Positions 25,695 through 37,250 of a DNA stretch of 64,000 nucleotides are shown here, piece after piece; within the stretch, counting starts at the first letter, position 1; every line of letters starts with the position of its first letter. The position numbers were made by a program, and so were the translations under genes. The stretch is from Convolutriloba macropyga (taxonomy: Eukaryota). A model generated the notes under the pieces. It worked only from the letters and a program-made list of their open reading frames with translations. It ran no database searches and was not told where the DNA came from. The stretch covers positions 16,368,001 through 16,432,000 of the forward strand of contig NC_134480.1 in assembly GCF_964194025.1 (NCBI RefSeq), read 5' to 3'.

Positions 25695-27545
25695 CGGAAA
25701 CGCAACAATTGTTTTTGATCGATTGTCCTTTTGTCATCAAACTTGAACCCTTCAAATCAATTTAATATTTTGGGATTCCTTATAATGTCTAATTAAATAG
25801 AAGTACGCAGGACATCATTGATCTATCTCATGGTTGCATGTGAAAATGGTAGTATTGATGCACAAAAAAAATTCATTGTCCATTTTGGATCTTTCATTGA
25901 AAATGTCAACTTTAACTTCATGTCAAATTTCAGTGACTGGACACGTACTAAAAATGAATTGTGCTTTGACTCTGAGAGCCTGCCCTTCTTCAGAAAAGGG
26001 AGTATTTCGGCTTTTACCCGTCTCTAAACCACTAGTCTCTTATTGGGAGAAGCTCAACAGATTTGTTTTCAATACTTTCAGTTTTCGGATCGTTTTCATT
26101 TGTGCCGCTGACGCACGCATCACATTTTAACATGATGATTCTGTTTTGTAATGGCACGTGCTTTGTAACTGGAGGCGCAAAACGACCTGGTACACTTTGA
26201 GTGCTCCGAAATGAGTCATATACCGAAATGATAAAATTTTTCTTTGTCCAATTGTTTTTTCTCAGCGAATTCTATTGGTTCACTTTGGTTCTACCTCTCT
26301 TCAACCCAATTAAAACTTGAGGAACAGAAAACTACTCATACTCAACATTTGGGCAATAAACAGCTTGCATTTGCTAGAAATCAAGAATAAAGACAAAATA
26401 TTGCTCAAAAATAACTTGAAAGTTTTGAAAAATTTTCTTATTCTCGTAAACGAACAGTGCGTTCAATTAAAATCAAATATGCTGCAGGTCATACATTAAA
26501 TCTTTGCAAAAACAGTTATTTTAGGCGTACCATTATACCTCGGAATATTTTCCCTGGAGAATGAAGATGAGAGTCCCCGACATAAATTTATAACTCAGGA
26601 AGTGTGTAACCTATAAAAAAGTGAGACTGGTTTTTGAATAGACAACTGGCAATATATTTACAAAATTGGTTTTGCCTTTTAAAACCTCAAAGTCCAGAAG
26701 ACCTCTGAGGGTACTTTTGTCCACATAATGCAATATAAATTTTTATATTGCAGCGTCAATTTTTATATTGCAAGCTATTCAATAGTTAACAATTTTGGGG
26801 TTGGGATCCAGTGAAGTATTCCTGCACTAACGTTATACCCCAGAATAATTTCCTGGCGAAAAACAATGAGAGGCCCCGATGTAACATTGACGCATGGAGG
26901 GTGCAACATCAGAAAAAAATGAGACTGCTCTAAAAATTGAATTAACAAATAAATTATAAACACACAATCATGGCAAACTGGTAGTAGACTAACCACATTG
27001 ATTTCCCTTTTATAAACCTTCAAGTTCTGATGCCTTCTGAGGGTACTTTTGTCCAGCAGAAGCGTAAAGCAAATTTAACATTTGTTCCCGAGCGTCAATT
27101 CGATAGTTCACAAAATCTGAGATGCTATCCACTGAAATAAGCTTCAATTCCATAGTGACAACCTACAAGAGCGAAATTTGTTCAGACAGAGCATGCCACA
27201 GCCAGCGGCTACATTTTAATTTCAAAAATTCTTAAAGAGGATACTTCAGCATTAGTCAAATATATAATTTGATTAGGAAATTCATCAAAGTTCGTCTATT
27301 TTTTTTTAATGAGCAGGCTATCTAATTTCTGACAATCTGCAATATTAAATACCTCTGAACAGTAACTTGCTTTCATGACTTTGTGATACAAGCTTCCTCA
27401 ATCATAATTCAGCATTCTTGTCTACAATTGAATAAAATTTTTAGAAAGTTTTTTATTGTAATTGTCATTGAATCTATCTATCGATTTCTAGGAAATGAAT
27501 TAAGTTAACAACGATTTTTTGAAATCAATTACAGTTAAAATCACA
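25575..27545. repeat. Tandem segmental duplicate of 20450-22052 plus ~24430-24480, with an extra internal partial copy at ~26520-26760
   Basis: Colinear similarity, e.g. 21940-22052 vs 27310-27426 nearly identical; TTAACAACGATTTTT..AATCAATTACAGTTAAAATCACA at both ~24440 and ~27505. Confidence 0.9.
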
Positions 27546-27903
27546 TTGACAACCTTTTTTTAAAATTGATACACCTAGATATGCTATTTTACAACCTGGT
27601 ATACAAAAGAGGTCAAATTTTCGAAAATGGTGCTTTCCATGTTAGTCTGATTTTAAGACGTTTCTCGTTTTGTGGATCCAAATATTTGGTTAGTCGTGAA
27701 CTCATCCTCTGTCAAACGTAGATCGTCAGGGTTTAGTTGACGATAGATACTGGGGATTTAGTTTCTAGCTCAACTGATTTGAAATTACTCGGTTTTAAGT
27801 AGGGTGCAGGATACTGCTATTTAATAGGTATATCAGAACAATTAGGCAAAGAGTATCTGAAAGGCAGAGGCGTCTATTGTTACTCTTTCACTAGCTATAT
27901 CCC

Positions 27904-28539
27904 TACCCGGGTCGAGGTGTCACCGCTAAAAATCGCTAAAAGATGTAAGATTTGCGGTGAATTTGAGTAAAAGTGTAAGATTTGCGTTCAATGCGATGAA
28001 TGCGGTGAAAAAAAAACTTTTAAGCGGTGAAAAATTTTTTTTCAGCGCTTAAGCGGTGAAAGAAAATTTTTCACCGCTACAAGCAGGATGCGGTGAAAAA
28101 AAATTTCACCGCTACCACCAGAATGTGGTGAAAAAAATTTTTCACCGCTACCAGCAGAATGCGGTGAAAAAAAATTTTCACCGCTAAAATCGCAAATCTT
28201 ACAAATATTCACCGCGCTAATTTCAACGCTTATCTTATATTCACAGGAAACATCATTGAAGCAAGTGACAGATGGCTCAGTGGATTACGAAGTTGGTGAC
28301 ACGCATGAGGTAAAGGTTCGAACCCTTGTACGTGAGTTTCTTTTGTGTAAGAATTCCGGTGAATGCTGTGAAAAAAAATTTTTCACCGCAAAATTCAACG
28401 CAATTCTTACAAAAATTCACCGCTTTCAGCGCATTCAACGCTAAAAGATGCGGGCGCTTTGCCGTAAAAAAAGTTTTTTTTTTCACCGCTATTCACCGCT
28501 AATCTTACATTATTTTTTGTCAAAACCTCGACCCGGGTA
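27904..28539. mobile_element. MITE with TACCCGGGTCGAGGT termini and internal GCGGTGAAAA/TTTTCACCGC palindromes
   Basis: Perfect 15-bp terminal inverted repeat (27904-27918 / 28525-28539) including TA at each end. Confidence 0.9.
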
Positions 28540-28833
28540 AATGGATCTTTCCCTAGATGAAATTGGGGGGAGCATACAACGTACTGGGGGGCATAAACGG
28601 AGAAGATCCCCTGACTAGTATAGTTATCTGTAAAATTCAAACAATTAGCCTCTAGGATGTTATTTTTAAAACGTGTACCGATATGAAGAATATGTTATTA
28701 TCACCACTATAACCCTTAGCACAACGGCAATGCTTAAAATTGATTCATGATCAAAAGGATTCTTCTGGAAGAACTTGTAACTGGAGAAAGAAGAGCCAAG
28801 CCAGCTGGGGAAATGTTCAGAAAAACCATTCAC

Positions 28834-29370
28834 TACCCAGGTTGAGGTAGCGCTCGAAATCGCCTCTGATCAGACCGTCCCAGACAAGTGGGACCTCTGA
28901 TCAGACCGTCCCAGACCGAAGTGACCTCTGATCAGACGAGAATCCGCTCGAAGATCATTGTGCGCTCGAAGTGCGTTCGAAGGCGCCTCTGATCAGGCGA
29001 GTTCCAGACCGAAGTGACCCCTGATCAGACAAGTTCCAGATCATTGTCCAGACGAGTTCCAGACCATTGTCCAGACTAAACTGCGTCCGAAAGAGAAAGA
29101 TTTTAAACTGGTCAGAGAAAGATTTTAAACATGAACAAATCTCTCAATATCGTTATAATATATTCAATTCATCTATCATTTTATCAATCTCATATTCAAC
29201 TAACAAAAAACCAATCCTGAAAGTGTTGTTAATGAAAGTAAATCGAAAAAAAATGGTCAAAAAATTACTGAGCATGCCATTTTTTTATGCTTTTAACTGA
29301 AAAAATGAACTTAGACAGCTCTGCATAAAAACGTCTTGATCTACTTTGATTCAAAATCTTTTCTTGAGGA
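28834..29370 (+). mobile_element. Truncated non-autonomous DNA element with TCTGATCAGA subrepeats
   Basis: Starts TACCCAGGTTGAGGT; repeated CTCTGATCAGAC; 29110-29370 resembles 48498-48760. Confidence 0.75.
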
Positions 29371-29751
29371 CCTAATTGTTGTCCATGATGATTGCAAAGC
29401 TATTAATGTCACTTTCGGATCAGTACCTCAAAGTGTGATAGGAAAGCCACAAGCAAGTACTCCACTTTGTGCAGGAAAGTCCTTTGGGAGTGAGTCTTTT
29501 ATAAAAAGAGATTTTTCACTAAAAGTTGCTTTTCCACTAAAAGAGATTTTTAACTTGCTTAAGATTTAAAATCCTGACTTTTCCTCTTAATCCCGACTTT
29601 TATTTTGCTTTATCTTCCAGTTTCATTCTCACCTTCAAAAGTCTTAAGCTCAAAAGTCTTTACTTTTTGCTAAGTTTTATCCCTCATCTTCAAAATCTTA
29701 CTAGAGAAATTTTCGAGAAGTCAGAGCCTCTTTGAGGCTGAGTGTTAAAAA

Positions 29752-30899
29752 ATGAGCCAAATTGAAAGGCTTCTATCTGAAGCCAGAATGACAGCCGACG
29801 AAACAACACAAGATGAAAGCGATTTTAATGAAGTGCGAAGTAAAAGAAAAAGGTTCAGAAAACAAGCACAAATTCCAATCACCAACGTTAGACCAATTGT
29901 TGTTTCTATTGATCCAAGGCCATCACAAATACAGTTTGCGAGAGCAATCAGATCAAACTTTCCAGTGGTCAAAATAAAGCACATAAGAGAGCTGAAGAAC
30001 AATACCGATTTCTTTATTCAACCTGAGGACCTCGCTTCTAGAGAATGTCTAATGCTGACCGTAAACCTAACTCAAGCCTTTCCTAATGCTGCTGTGAATG
30101 CCAGAAACACACTTCCCAAGCCAAAAACCAAACCAAGCTTCGTGATTGTAAATGTGCATCACAGCATTAGTGAAGATGAGATAAAAGCTGAGCTCCTAAA
30201 CAACAACGCAATGAATGTCAGCAAAGTTACACGAATAACAAGCCGAGCAACTGGCCAACCAACAAAATTAATTCGAGTCATAACTGATTCCAATAACCAT
30301 ATTAGTGCAGCTCAAAAACATGGTGTCAAAATAGGTTGGCAGCTATACCGATGTGAAGCAAGCCGTGAACCACCCATGTAATGCAATGTTTCAAATGCCA
30401 ACAATTTGGTCACTCAGCAAAAGAATGCAGTAATGCTACTCTATGTCTTCGCTGCTCGCAGGAGCACAATGTTAAAGAATGTACTGTTCAAAAAGAAAAC
30501 GCTAAGTGTTCTAACTGTGGCGGTGCTCATGCGACAGTTTATCGCGGTTGTCCGGCCTATCAGCAGAAGCTAGCTGAGGCTTCAAGAAAGATAAATGAGA
30601 ATAAATACTCTACTGCAGCGAAAAACTTGAAACCGCAAACCAACGTTGAAACGCCACCACAAACTGAAAAAATAGCTGTTCTTGTAGCCGAAGTCTTGAG
30701 CAAAATAAGAACAGTTCTAAACACCATGTCCTATAGTGATATAATAAACATTGTCTCTAACAGCGCCTCACGCATCTTCAATGAAAAAATTGATGGCCAA
30801 AAAATACATGAGAGCATTAAGAGTGCAAATGCAATCCCTGTTAATTCAATGCCGCCTAACAACATATCAAACAGCCAAAACTTTAACCAAAATGGATAA
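29752..30899 (+). CDS. LINE ORF1 (gag-like, three CCHC zinc knuckles), one frameshift at ~30372
   Basis: CFKCQQFGHSAKEC, CLRCSQEHNVKEC, CSNCGGAHATVYRGC. Adding one C in CCACCCAT restores EPPHVMQCFKC. Confidence 0.9.
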
Positions 30900-33598
30900 G
30901 CTCAAAATTTTGCAATGGAACTGTCGAGGTCTAAACAACAAAATAAACGATCTCATTTTTTTCTTAGCCGAAAATGACATAGACATAATTTGCGTGAATG
31001 AAGTGAAAAAATGGCAGAAAACCAACCCTTTTCGCAATTATGTTGTTGCAACAGAAACTTATACCAACAGTCATCATGGCTCTCTTATTTTAATAAAGAA
31101 CAACATCGTCATAAACCAAACAGAACCAGCTGAAAAAGAGAACGATTGCAGCGGAAAAACACTGGAAATACTAAAATTATGCATCACGCTACCGTATTTT
31201 GGAGACTTTTGGATAATATCTGTTTACAATTCACCTGGAAAACCCCTCTCACTAGAAAAAGTATTCTCAGAAAGTATGACAAATGTTTTTGTTTGTGGTG
31301 ACTTCAACTCTCCCCACCAAGAATTAAACTGCTCTTATGATTCTGAAAACGGTGAGAAACTCCTGAAACTAATAGACAACGGTCATTTTAAACTGCTAAA
31401 CAACGGTCACCACACATATCAGTCGTTCGACGGAAAAAGTAAAAACATGCTCGATTTACACTTTTGCGATAGTACAGTTTTTAGGAATTTTAGTAATTTC
31501 GAAGTCTCAGAGGATCTGGGAAGTGACCATAGAACCACAATCACAACGTTTAACCTCAATATAAGCAAAAAATTTGAATTGAAATCGGAAATTGACTTCA
31601 GACAATTCAGAGAAAACGCTAGAAAATCGTATAGATCATCGGACCTTTGGCCTGCGCAGTATCCGGGAAAGGATGAACTAAATAAGTTTAGCAGCAATCT
31701 GGTTGAAATAATACACAAATCGTTGGAAGACTCCTATGTCAACAAAAACAAGCTGCCTTACAGTATTGAGACACAAAGATTGATAAAACTGAAAAGGAAA
31801 AAGCGAAGAGAACTCAAAGGTGCAGTTAACGATGAATTTAGGTCTCTAAAAACCGAGATAAATTATCTGCAGAAAGAAATCAAACGATCAATCAGGCAAC
31901 CAGAAGAACAAAAAAGAGCTAAAATTTTGGCACGTGCAAGAGATAAGGGCAGCAAAGTTTTTTGGAGAGCAATAAAAGAACTAACAAATGACCACGAGTC
32001 AAAACAAAAAAACTTGCGACTATCCCGATTTAACATATAAAGAGTCGAAGGCAGTCACAGATCATGAGAAAAGCGAGCTTTTCAAACAACTCCTAAAAGA
32101 CACAATGAAAGACCACACAACAGTACCAACAGAAATTGCCGAACACCACGAGAAAATCGAAAAAGAAACCAAAGCATTTCTAAGTACAAACGTCGACACC
32201 GAGCAACTTTGTATTGTGATTAAAACAAAAGAATTCGATGAAATATTGAGAGTATCGAGAAAGTCATGCCCAGGACCAGATAAAATCAGCTACAAAGTGC
32301 TCAGTGAGTTACCACGGAGTATAAAAGCCCTAGCCTGCCTCCTCATTTCTAGTTCAATTAACAACTCGTATGTTCCAGTAAATTGGAAAGAATCACAGAT
32401 AACAATGATACCAAAGCAAGATAAAGACAGATCAAAGGCTGAAAATTATCGACCTATTAGTCTTACAAATTGCCTGGCCAAAGTTTGCGAAACTGTTGTG
32501 AAAAACCTTGTCTTAGAACATTGCGAAAGTCTAAATGTATTTGGCGAAACTCAGAGCGCTTACAGGAAACATCGCTGTACCACAGATAATCTTATCAAAC
32601 TCACTCAGCACGTTAGTGAAGCTTTCCAATGGTCTGAAATGGTTGGTTTACTTTGCTTGGATGTTGAAAAAGCATTTGATGCCGTATGGCGTCTAGGGTT
32701 GATCCACAAATTGAATTCAATTGAGCTGAAGATCCCAATCATTAGGTGGATAAATTCATTCTTGTCACAAAGGAACGTTTACATAAAGATAAATACTATT
32801 GTTAGCGCCAGTTTCTGCCCGACAGCCAGTGTGCCCCAAGGCAGCGTAATTGCTCCCATTCTCTTCCTTATATACGTTAGCCGATTGCCAAAAATGAAGG
32901 CACAGATTTCACAGTTCGCTGACGATTTTGCCCTGTACTACAGATCTCGCTCAACACAACTAATTCAAAACAATCTGCAATCATCACTAAATAGCCTTAT
33001 AGACTGGTGTGACCACTTGAAAATTAAAATAAATCCTAACAAAACTCAGTACATGATTTTTAAAAACCCATCTAAGAAAAAGTCTGAGCTCAATTTAAAA
33101 ATAAAAGGCGTACCCGTCGGAAAAACACAAACGCTAAAGTTTCTGGGTATTACTCTCACTCCTCATCTCAGATGGAACGATCACTGCCAAAGCCTAATAA
33201 AGAGAGCAAACAGCAGGTTATTTCAACTGTGGAGACTTAGCAATCTAAACATCAACGAAGAGAGTCTTTTATTGGTATACAAATCTTGGATCCGGCCTCT
33301 TTTTTTGTACTCAAATGCCTGTTGGATTGACCAATCCCAAGCACTCATTAATAAAATACAATGTGTCCAGAATAGAGCCTTGAGGATCTGCCTAAGAAAA
33401 CCTAGATTTTACAAGGTCCAAAAACTTCATGAAGACGCAAACATGCAAACAATTAGAGAAGTTCAGATTAAACTAGCAAACGGGTATATTAGTCGGGCAA
33501 TTAAACACAACACACAGTCTGTAGTGGAACTAATCCACAAAAAAAGGCAGTGCCCGCTTAATAATTGCAAAAGTACTCTCGATCACCTTCAATACTAA
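30892..33598 (+). CDS. LINE ORF2 (APE endonuclease + reverse transcriptase, no RNase H), one frameshift at A7 32006-32012
   Basis: ILQWNCRGL, GDFNS, SDH (APE); PGPDKI, YRPISL, LDVEKAFDAVW, PQGSVIAP, FADD (RT). ATG overlaps the ORF1 stop (ATGGATAA). Confidence 0.95.
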
Positions 33599-33628
33599 AC
33601 AAAAAGAAAAAAAAAGAAATGACAAACT

Positions 33629-33708
33629 GGTGCACACTAGCCATCCGGCGTAGGTAGCAGCTCAAAACACTGATGAATGACAGAATGAGGATCGAGCCCC
33701 AGTGCATC
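33629..33708 (+). ncRNA. tRNA-like module 1
   Basis: 7-bp closing stem GGTGCAC/GTGCATC, A-box-like TAGCCATCCGG, T-arm-like TGAGG-ATCGAGC-CCCA. No canonical anticodon arm. Confidence 0.45.
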
Positions 33709-33904
33709 CCCAACTTCAAGGCCTTAAATTGTTTTCCAAGAAAAATCGGCAGCAGGACTGACATCAGTGGAAAACTTAGGAATTGAATAAATAGGAAGAA
33801 GAAGACAAAAACGGGAAAACAAGGAAGTGCAACTTTATATTGAAATCTCAGGGGAAAACATCACACGATTTTAATGACTAGCAAACGAAATAAGACAAAT
33901 TATT

Positions 33905-33976
33905 AGCCAGCAGCGCAATTGTGAGGAGCAACGAACACGAAGATCTCTATACCTACAGCTACGGTTCGACTCCAAC
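33905..33976 (+). ncRNA. tRNA-like/Pol III module 2
   Basis: Perfect B box GGTTCGACTCC at 33963-33973, weak A-box-like CAGCGCAATTG at 33911, T tracts at ~34005-34019. Confidence 0.45.
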
Positions 33977-34084
33977 TTTGTTTATTTATCACTATGCGAT
34001 ATTGTTTTTCTTTTTTTTTCATATATCAGTCAAAGCGTTTACTACCTACAGCCAACTCAAAATGATTTAGTATAATTGTTGAAG

Positions 34085-34170
34085 CCAAGCCGATTGGCGC
34101 AGCGGAGAATTACGTATACACGTAACTAACAAATCGAACCGATAAGAGTTCGAAGCCGAGAAGTGTCACC
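34085..34170 (+). ncRNA. tRNA-like/Pol III module 3
   Basis: Consensus A box TGGCGCAGCGG at 34095-34105, hairpin TTACGT/ACGTAA, B-box-like GAGTTCGAAGCC at 34146-34157, then T tracts. Confidence 0.5.
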
Positions 34171-34811
34171 TTCCTTTTATTTCCTACTCTTACTTTTTAT
34201 TTTGCACATGTGCGTCCTTTTATCCGATCAGAAATATTATGAGTGTATGGCCAGCCGCTTGCTTAGTCAATTCGGGGCCAGACACAACTTAATTTTAATC
34301 CACTTCATTCTTTTCATTCTATTCAGCCAGCCGCTCGCTTAGTAAATTCGGGGTTGAACAGATCACCAAAAACACCAAAACAAAAGCTGGCAATTATCAA
34401 TTTAAACAAGCTTCGTTTCCTTTTGAAATCTTTATTTCAGTCTTTTTACCATCTATTTCATACTCCACTGAATTAAATTAAACAAGAGAAACACTTCATC
34501 ATCTAGCTTTGTGCTGCGCGCGGTTTGGTTTCAGTGGTTTTATGGTTAGGTCAGCGTAGCACTTTTAATCAAGCACTTCTTATTTTTCGTCAGTTTTGAT
34601 TTTTTTTATTCACTTTCCTTTATGAAATTAAAACAAAATTCATTTTAACTTTTTCAGTCCTTTCTTTTCGAACAGAAAATTTTGCATTTGTTCTCCTCAG
34701 ACTGACGACTATTATATTATACGAATTAAGATCATTTGTTTTATACTACCTATCTTCTTTAATTGGTTGGAAGTTAATTCGTATTGCGATCGAAAAAATA
34801 TTGAAAATATG

Positions 34812-34893
34812 GGCCATCAAACATGGAACTTAGCGCGGACAGCTAACTCAATATGAACAATGCGAGCGTGGGTTCGAGACTCACGATGAGCCA
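34812..34893 (+). ncRNA. tRNA-like module 4
   Basis: T arm GTGGG-TTCGAGA-CTCAC (34868-34884); closing stem GGCCATC/GATGAGCC with one bulge; TTTT at 34911. Confidence 0.5.
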
Positions 34894-35629
34894 ATTTCAT
34901 CTGTCTCAACTTTTCAGACAATTCCAAACTGAGAACAATGAAACTATGATGCCAAACGAGTCCCACCAACGTCATCAATCTTTTAATATCCTGAAAATTT
35001 GTGTTTTTTGTTTAATTAATTAACAGTACTTGTTACTTACCTTGTGATAATGAAAGTTGTCGATCACACCATCCCTACGAGGCTAGCCATGAATCCGATC
35101 CATTATCTTTTTGAAATGCCAAGTTCAGCCAGTAGAAGCCCTCCATGGTGCTTGAAATGGCTGAGTGCGCCGGATGCAAAAGAAGTCTTTAATACAACAG
35201 GAACAGAAACTCAGTTTTAACGAGAACTTTCTGCTTCAATACTTCTTTTTAAACTGAAACTCTTTGTTAATATGTATTAAACTTCTTTTAACGAATGGTT
35301 GTACATAAATTGTGTAATTGGGCTGAAATGCTTTTAGCCTAATTGTTGTGATAAACTTATTAAATAGGTAAGTATCAACTCTAATTGATAAGTTTTATTT
35401 GAATGCACTCTGCGTTAGCGGAGTGCAGCCTCAAGAAGGCAACTCAGCGATTTGCACTAACATAAAAGTTAGTTTAATAAAGGGAAATTCTACAATTTGT
35501 ATTGATGTTTCCGAGACAGTTCCAAATATCAAATATACAGTAAACGCAAGCAGGGGAACTTATAGAATGGCCTTTACAAGTATATGGGGTGTGTTTGGAG
35601 CAATGGTTATTGCTGAAATTGTCATTTAC

Positions 35630-36047
35630 AAAAAGTATCCGCGCTCGATGAGGCTTAACTTTTTCGATCACCGAACTTTTTGGTCACCGAATCATCAATT
35701 TTAGTCCGATTTGGCTCATTTTTTGTGGGTATGCTCCACTTGAGCCATAATTGGGGATAAAACAAAAAATCTGGCACAGCGAACTATTTTGGACAAGTTC
35801 TTACCGATTTCAAAAAAAGTATCCGCGCTCGATGAGGCTTAACTTTTTCGATCACCGAACTTTGTTTTGGTCACCAAATCATCAATTTTAGTCCGATTTG
35901 GCTCATTTTTTGTGGGCATGCTCCACTTGAGCCATAATTTGGGATAAAACAAAAAAAATGGCACAGCGAACCATTTTGGACAAGTTTTTACCGATTTCAA
36001 AAAAATGTATCCGCGCTCGATGAGGCTTAACTTTTTCGATCACCGAG
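35630..36047. repeat. ~186-bp tandem repeat (2.2 copies) downstream of 5S rDNA
   Basis: GTATCCGCGCTCGATGAGGCTTAAC at 35635, 35819 and 36007. Confidence 0.95.
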
Positions 36048-36110
36048 ACTTTTTGAGGCTCTAAAATGTGTAATTATCGAATAAAAGTATTCTATGGGTT
36101 TTGAATACTC

Positions 36111-36118
36111 AAAAAAAA
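36111..36118 (-). terminator. Pol III oligo-T terminator of the 5S gene
   Basis: T8 on the minus strand directly after ...GTTGTAGGC. Confidence 0.9.
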
Positions 36119-36227
36119 GCCTACAACACCTGGTGTTCCCAAGTGGTCACCCATCCAAGTACTAACCGGGCCCAATGTTGCTTAACTTCGGTGATCGGAC
36201 GAGAACCGGTGCATTCAACATGGTATG
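36118..36227 (-). rRNA. 5S rRNA gene (first ~9 nt lost in the gap)
   Basis: Minus strand CATACCATGTTGAATGCACCGGTTCTCGTCCGATCACCGAAGTTAAGCAAC..AGTACTTGGATGGGTGACC..GGGAACACCAGGTGTTGTAGGCT is metazoan 5S with boxes A, IE and C. Confidence 0.97.
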
Positions 36228-36427
36228 NNNNNNNNNNNNNNNNNNNNNNNNNNNNNNNNNNNNNNNNNNNNNNNNNNNNNNNNNNNNNNNNNNNNNNNNN
36301 NNNNNNNNNNNNNNNNNNNNNNNNNNNNNNNNNNNNNNNNNNNNNNNNNNNNNNNNNNNNNNNNNNNNNNNNNNNNNNNNNNNNNNNNNNNNNNNNNNNN
36401 NNNNNNNNNNNNNNNNNNNNNNNNNNN
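36228..36427. other. Scaffold gap (200 N), probably at a collapsed 5S array
   Basis: The N run begins inside the 5S gene; collapse of an array is inference. Confidence 0.9.
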
Positions 36428-36709
36428 CAAATGACAAAAATGCAAATTGTTGCGAACGAGTTTCAAATATCTTTTTATAACGATATAGCCATTCGGAAGA
36501 TAAAACCAGTAAGTGGGTTCCTGCTGGGTTTTTTGAGTTTTTGAACAAAGCGTAGTCTGCTATATATTTATGGATTAAACCACAACAACTGATTTGATAA
36601 ATTTGCTCTCAATGGGCGATTTTGATGATGGTGTACATCATACAAGTTTATTCTAGTACTTGAAATAAAAAAATGAATCGTTTCACCTATTATATTGAAA
36701 AACGTTGAT

Positions 36710-37250
36710 TACCCGGGTTGACCAAACTTACTTACCATAAAACGGACCATATATGGTCCATAAAAGTCCATACAAATTTCCGTTTTATGATCTTGCTATG
36801 GTTAGTAAGTTTCCATATATGGTCTGTTTTATGGATAATAAATTTTTCTACGAGAGCATTATTTTCCTACTATGCTAATATACGATTGAAAGAGAGGGCC
36901 CTGCCATATATGATCCGTTTTATGGTTAGTAAGTTTCCAAAAATGGTCCGTTTTATGGTTAGTAAGTTTCCATATATGGTCCGTTTTATGGTTAGTAAGT
37001 TTACATGTATGGTCCGTTTTATGGCTAGTAAGTTTTCATATATGGCCTGTTTTATATACGGATCATATATGGCAGGGTCCTCTCTTTCATTCATATATTT
37101 GCATAGTAGGAAAAAAATTCTCTCGTAGAAAAACCTATTTTCCATAAAACGGACCATATATGCTACTAACCATAGCAAGATCATAAAAGGGAAATTTTAT
37201 GGACTTTTTTGGACCATATATGGCCCGTTTTATGTTTAGTAAGTTTGTCT
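36710..37250. mobile_element. Palindromic MITE with internal 33-bp tandem repeats
   Basis: Starts TACCCGGGTTGACC; AAACTTACT.ACCATAAAACGGACCATATATGGTCCA is mirrored at 37210-37246; ATGGTCCGTTTTATGGTTAGTAAGTTT repeats at 36910-37050. Confidence 0.85.

Larger units (their letters stand above)
29380..33620 (+). mobile_element. Near full-length Jockey/I-group non-LTR retrotransposon (ends uncertain; 3' UTR may extend to ~34900)
   Basis: ORF1 with three CCHC knuckles plus APE-RT ORF2; A-rich run at 33597-33619. No TSD identified. Confidence 0.88.

Noticed and set aside
33670-33700. CTGATGA as a hammerhead core after LINE ORF2
   Set aside because: No stem II followed by GAAA.
33629-34893. Calling the four modules functional tRNA genes
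   Set aside because: No canonical D and anticodon arms; reported only as tRNA-like.
35041-35186. Minus-strand exon with a perfect AAG/GTAAGT donor
   Set aside because: All three frames contain stops from the nearest acceptor.
36101-36548. ORFs spanning the N run
   Set aside because: Artefacts of the gap and of translating the 5S gene.
36718-37184. ORFs with repeated MVRFMVSKF peptides
   Set aside because: Translation of 33-bp MITE subrepeats.
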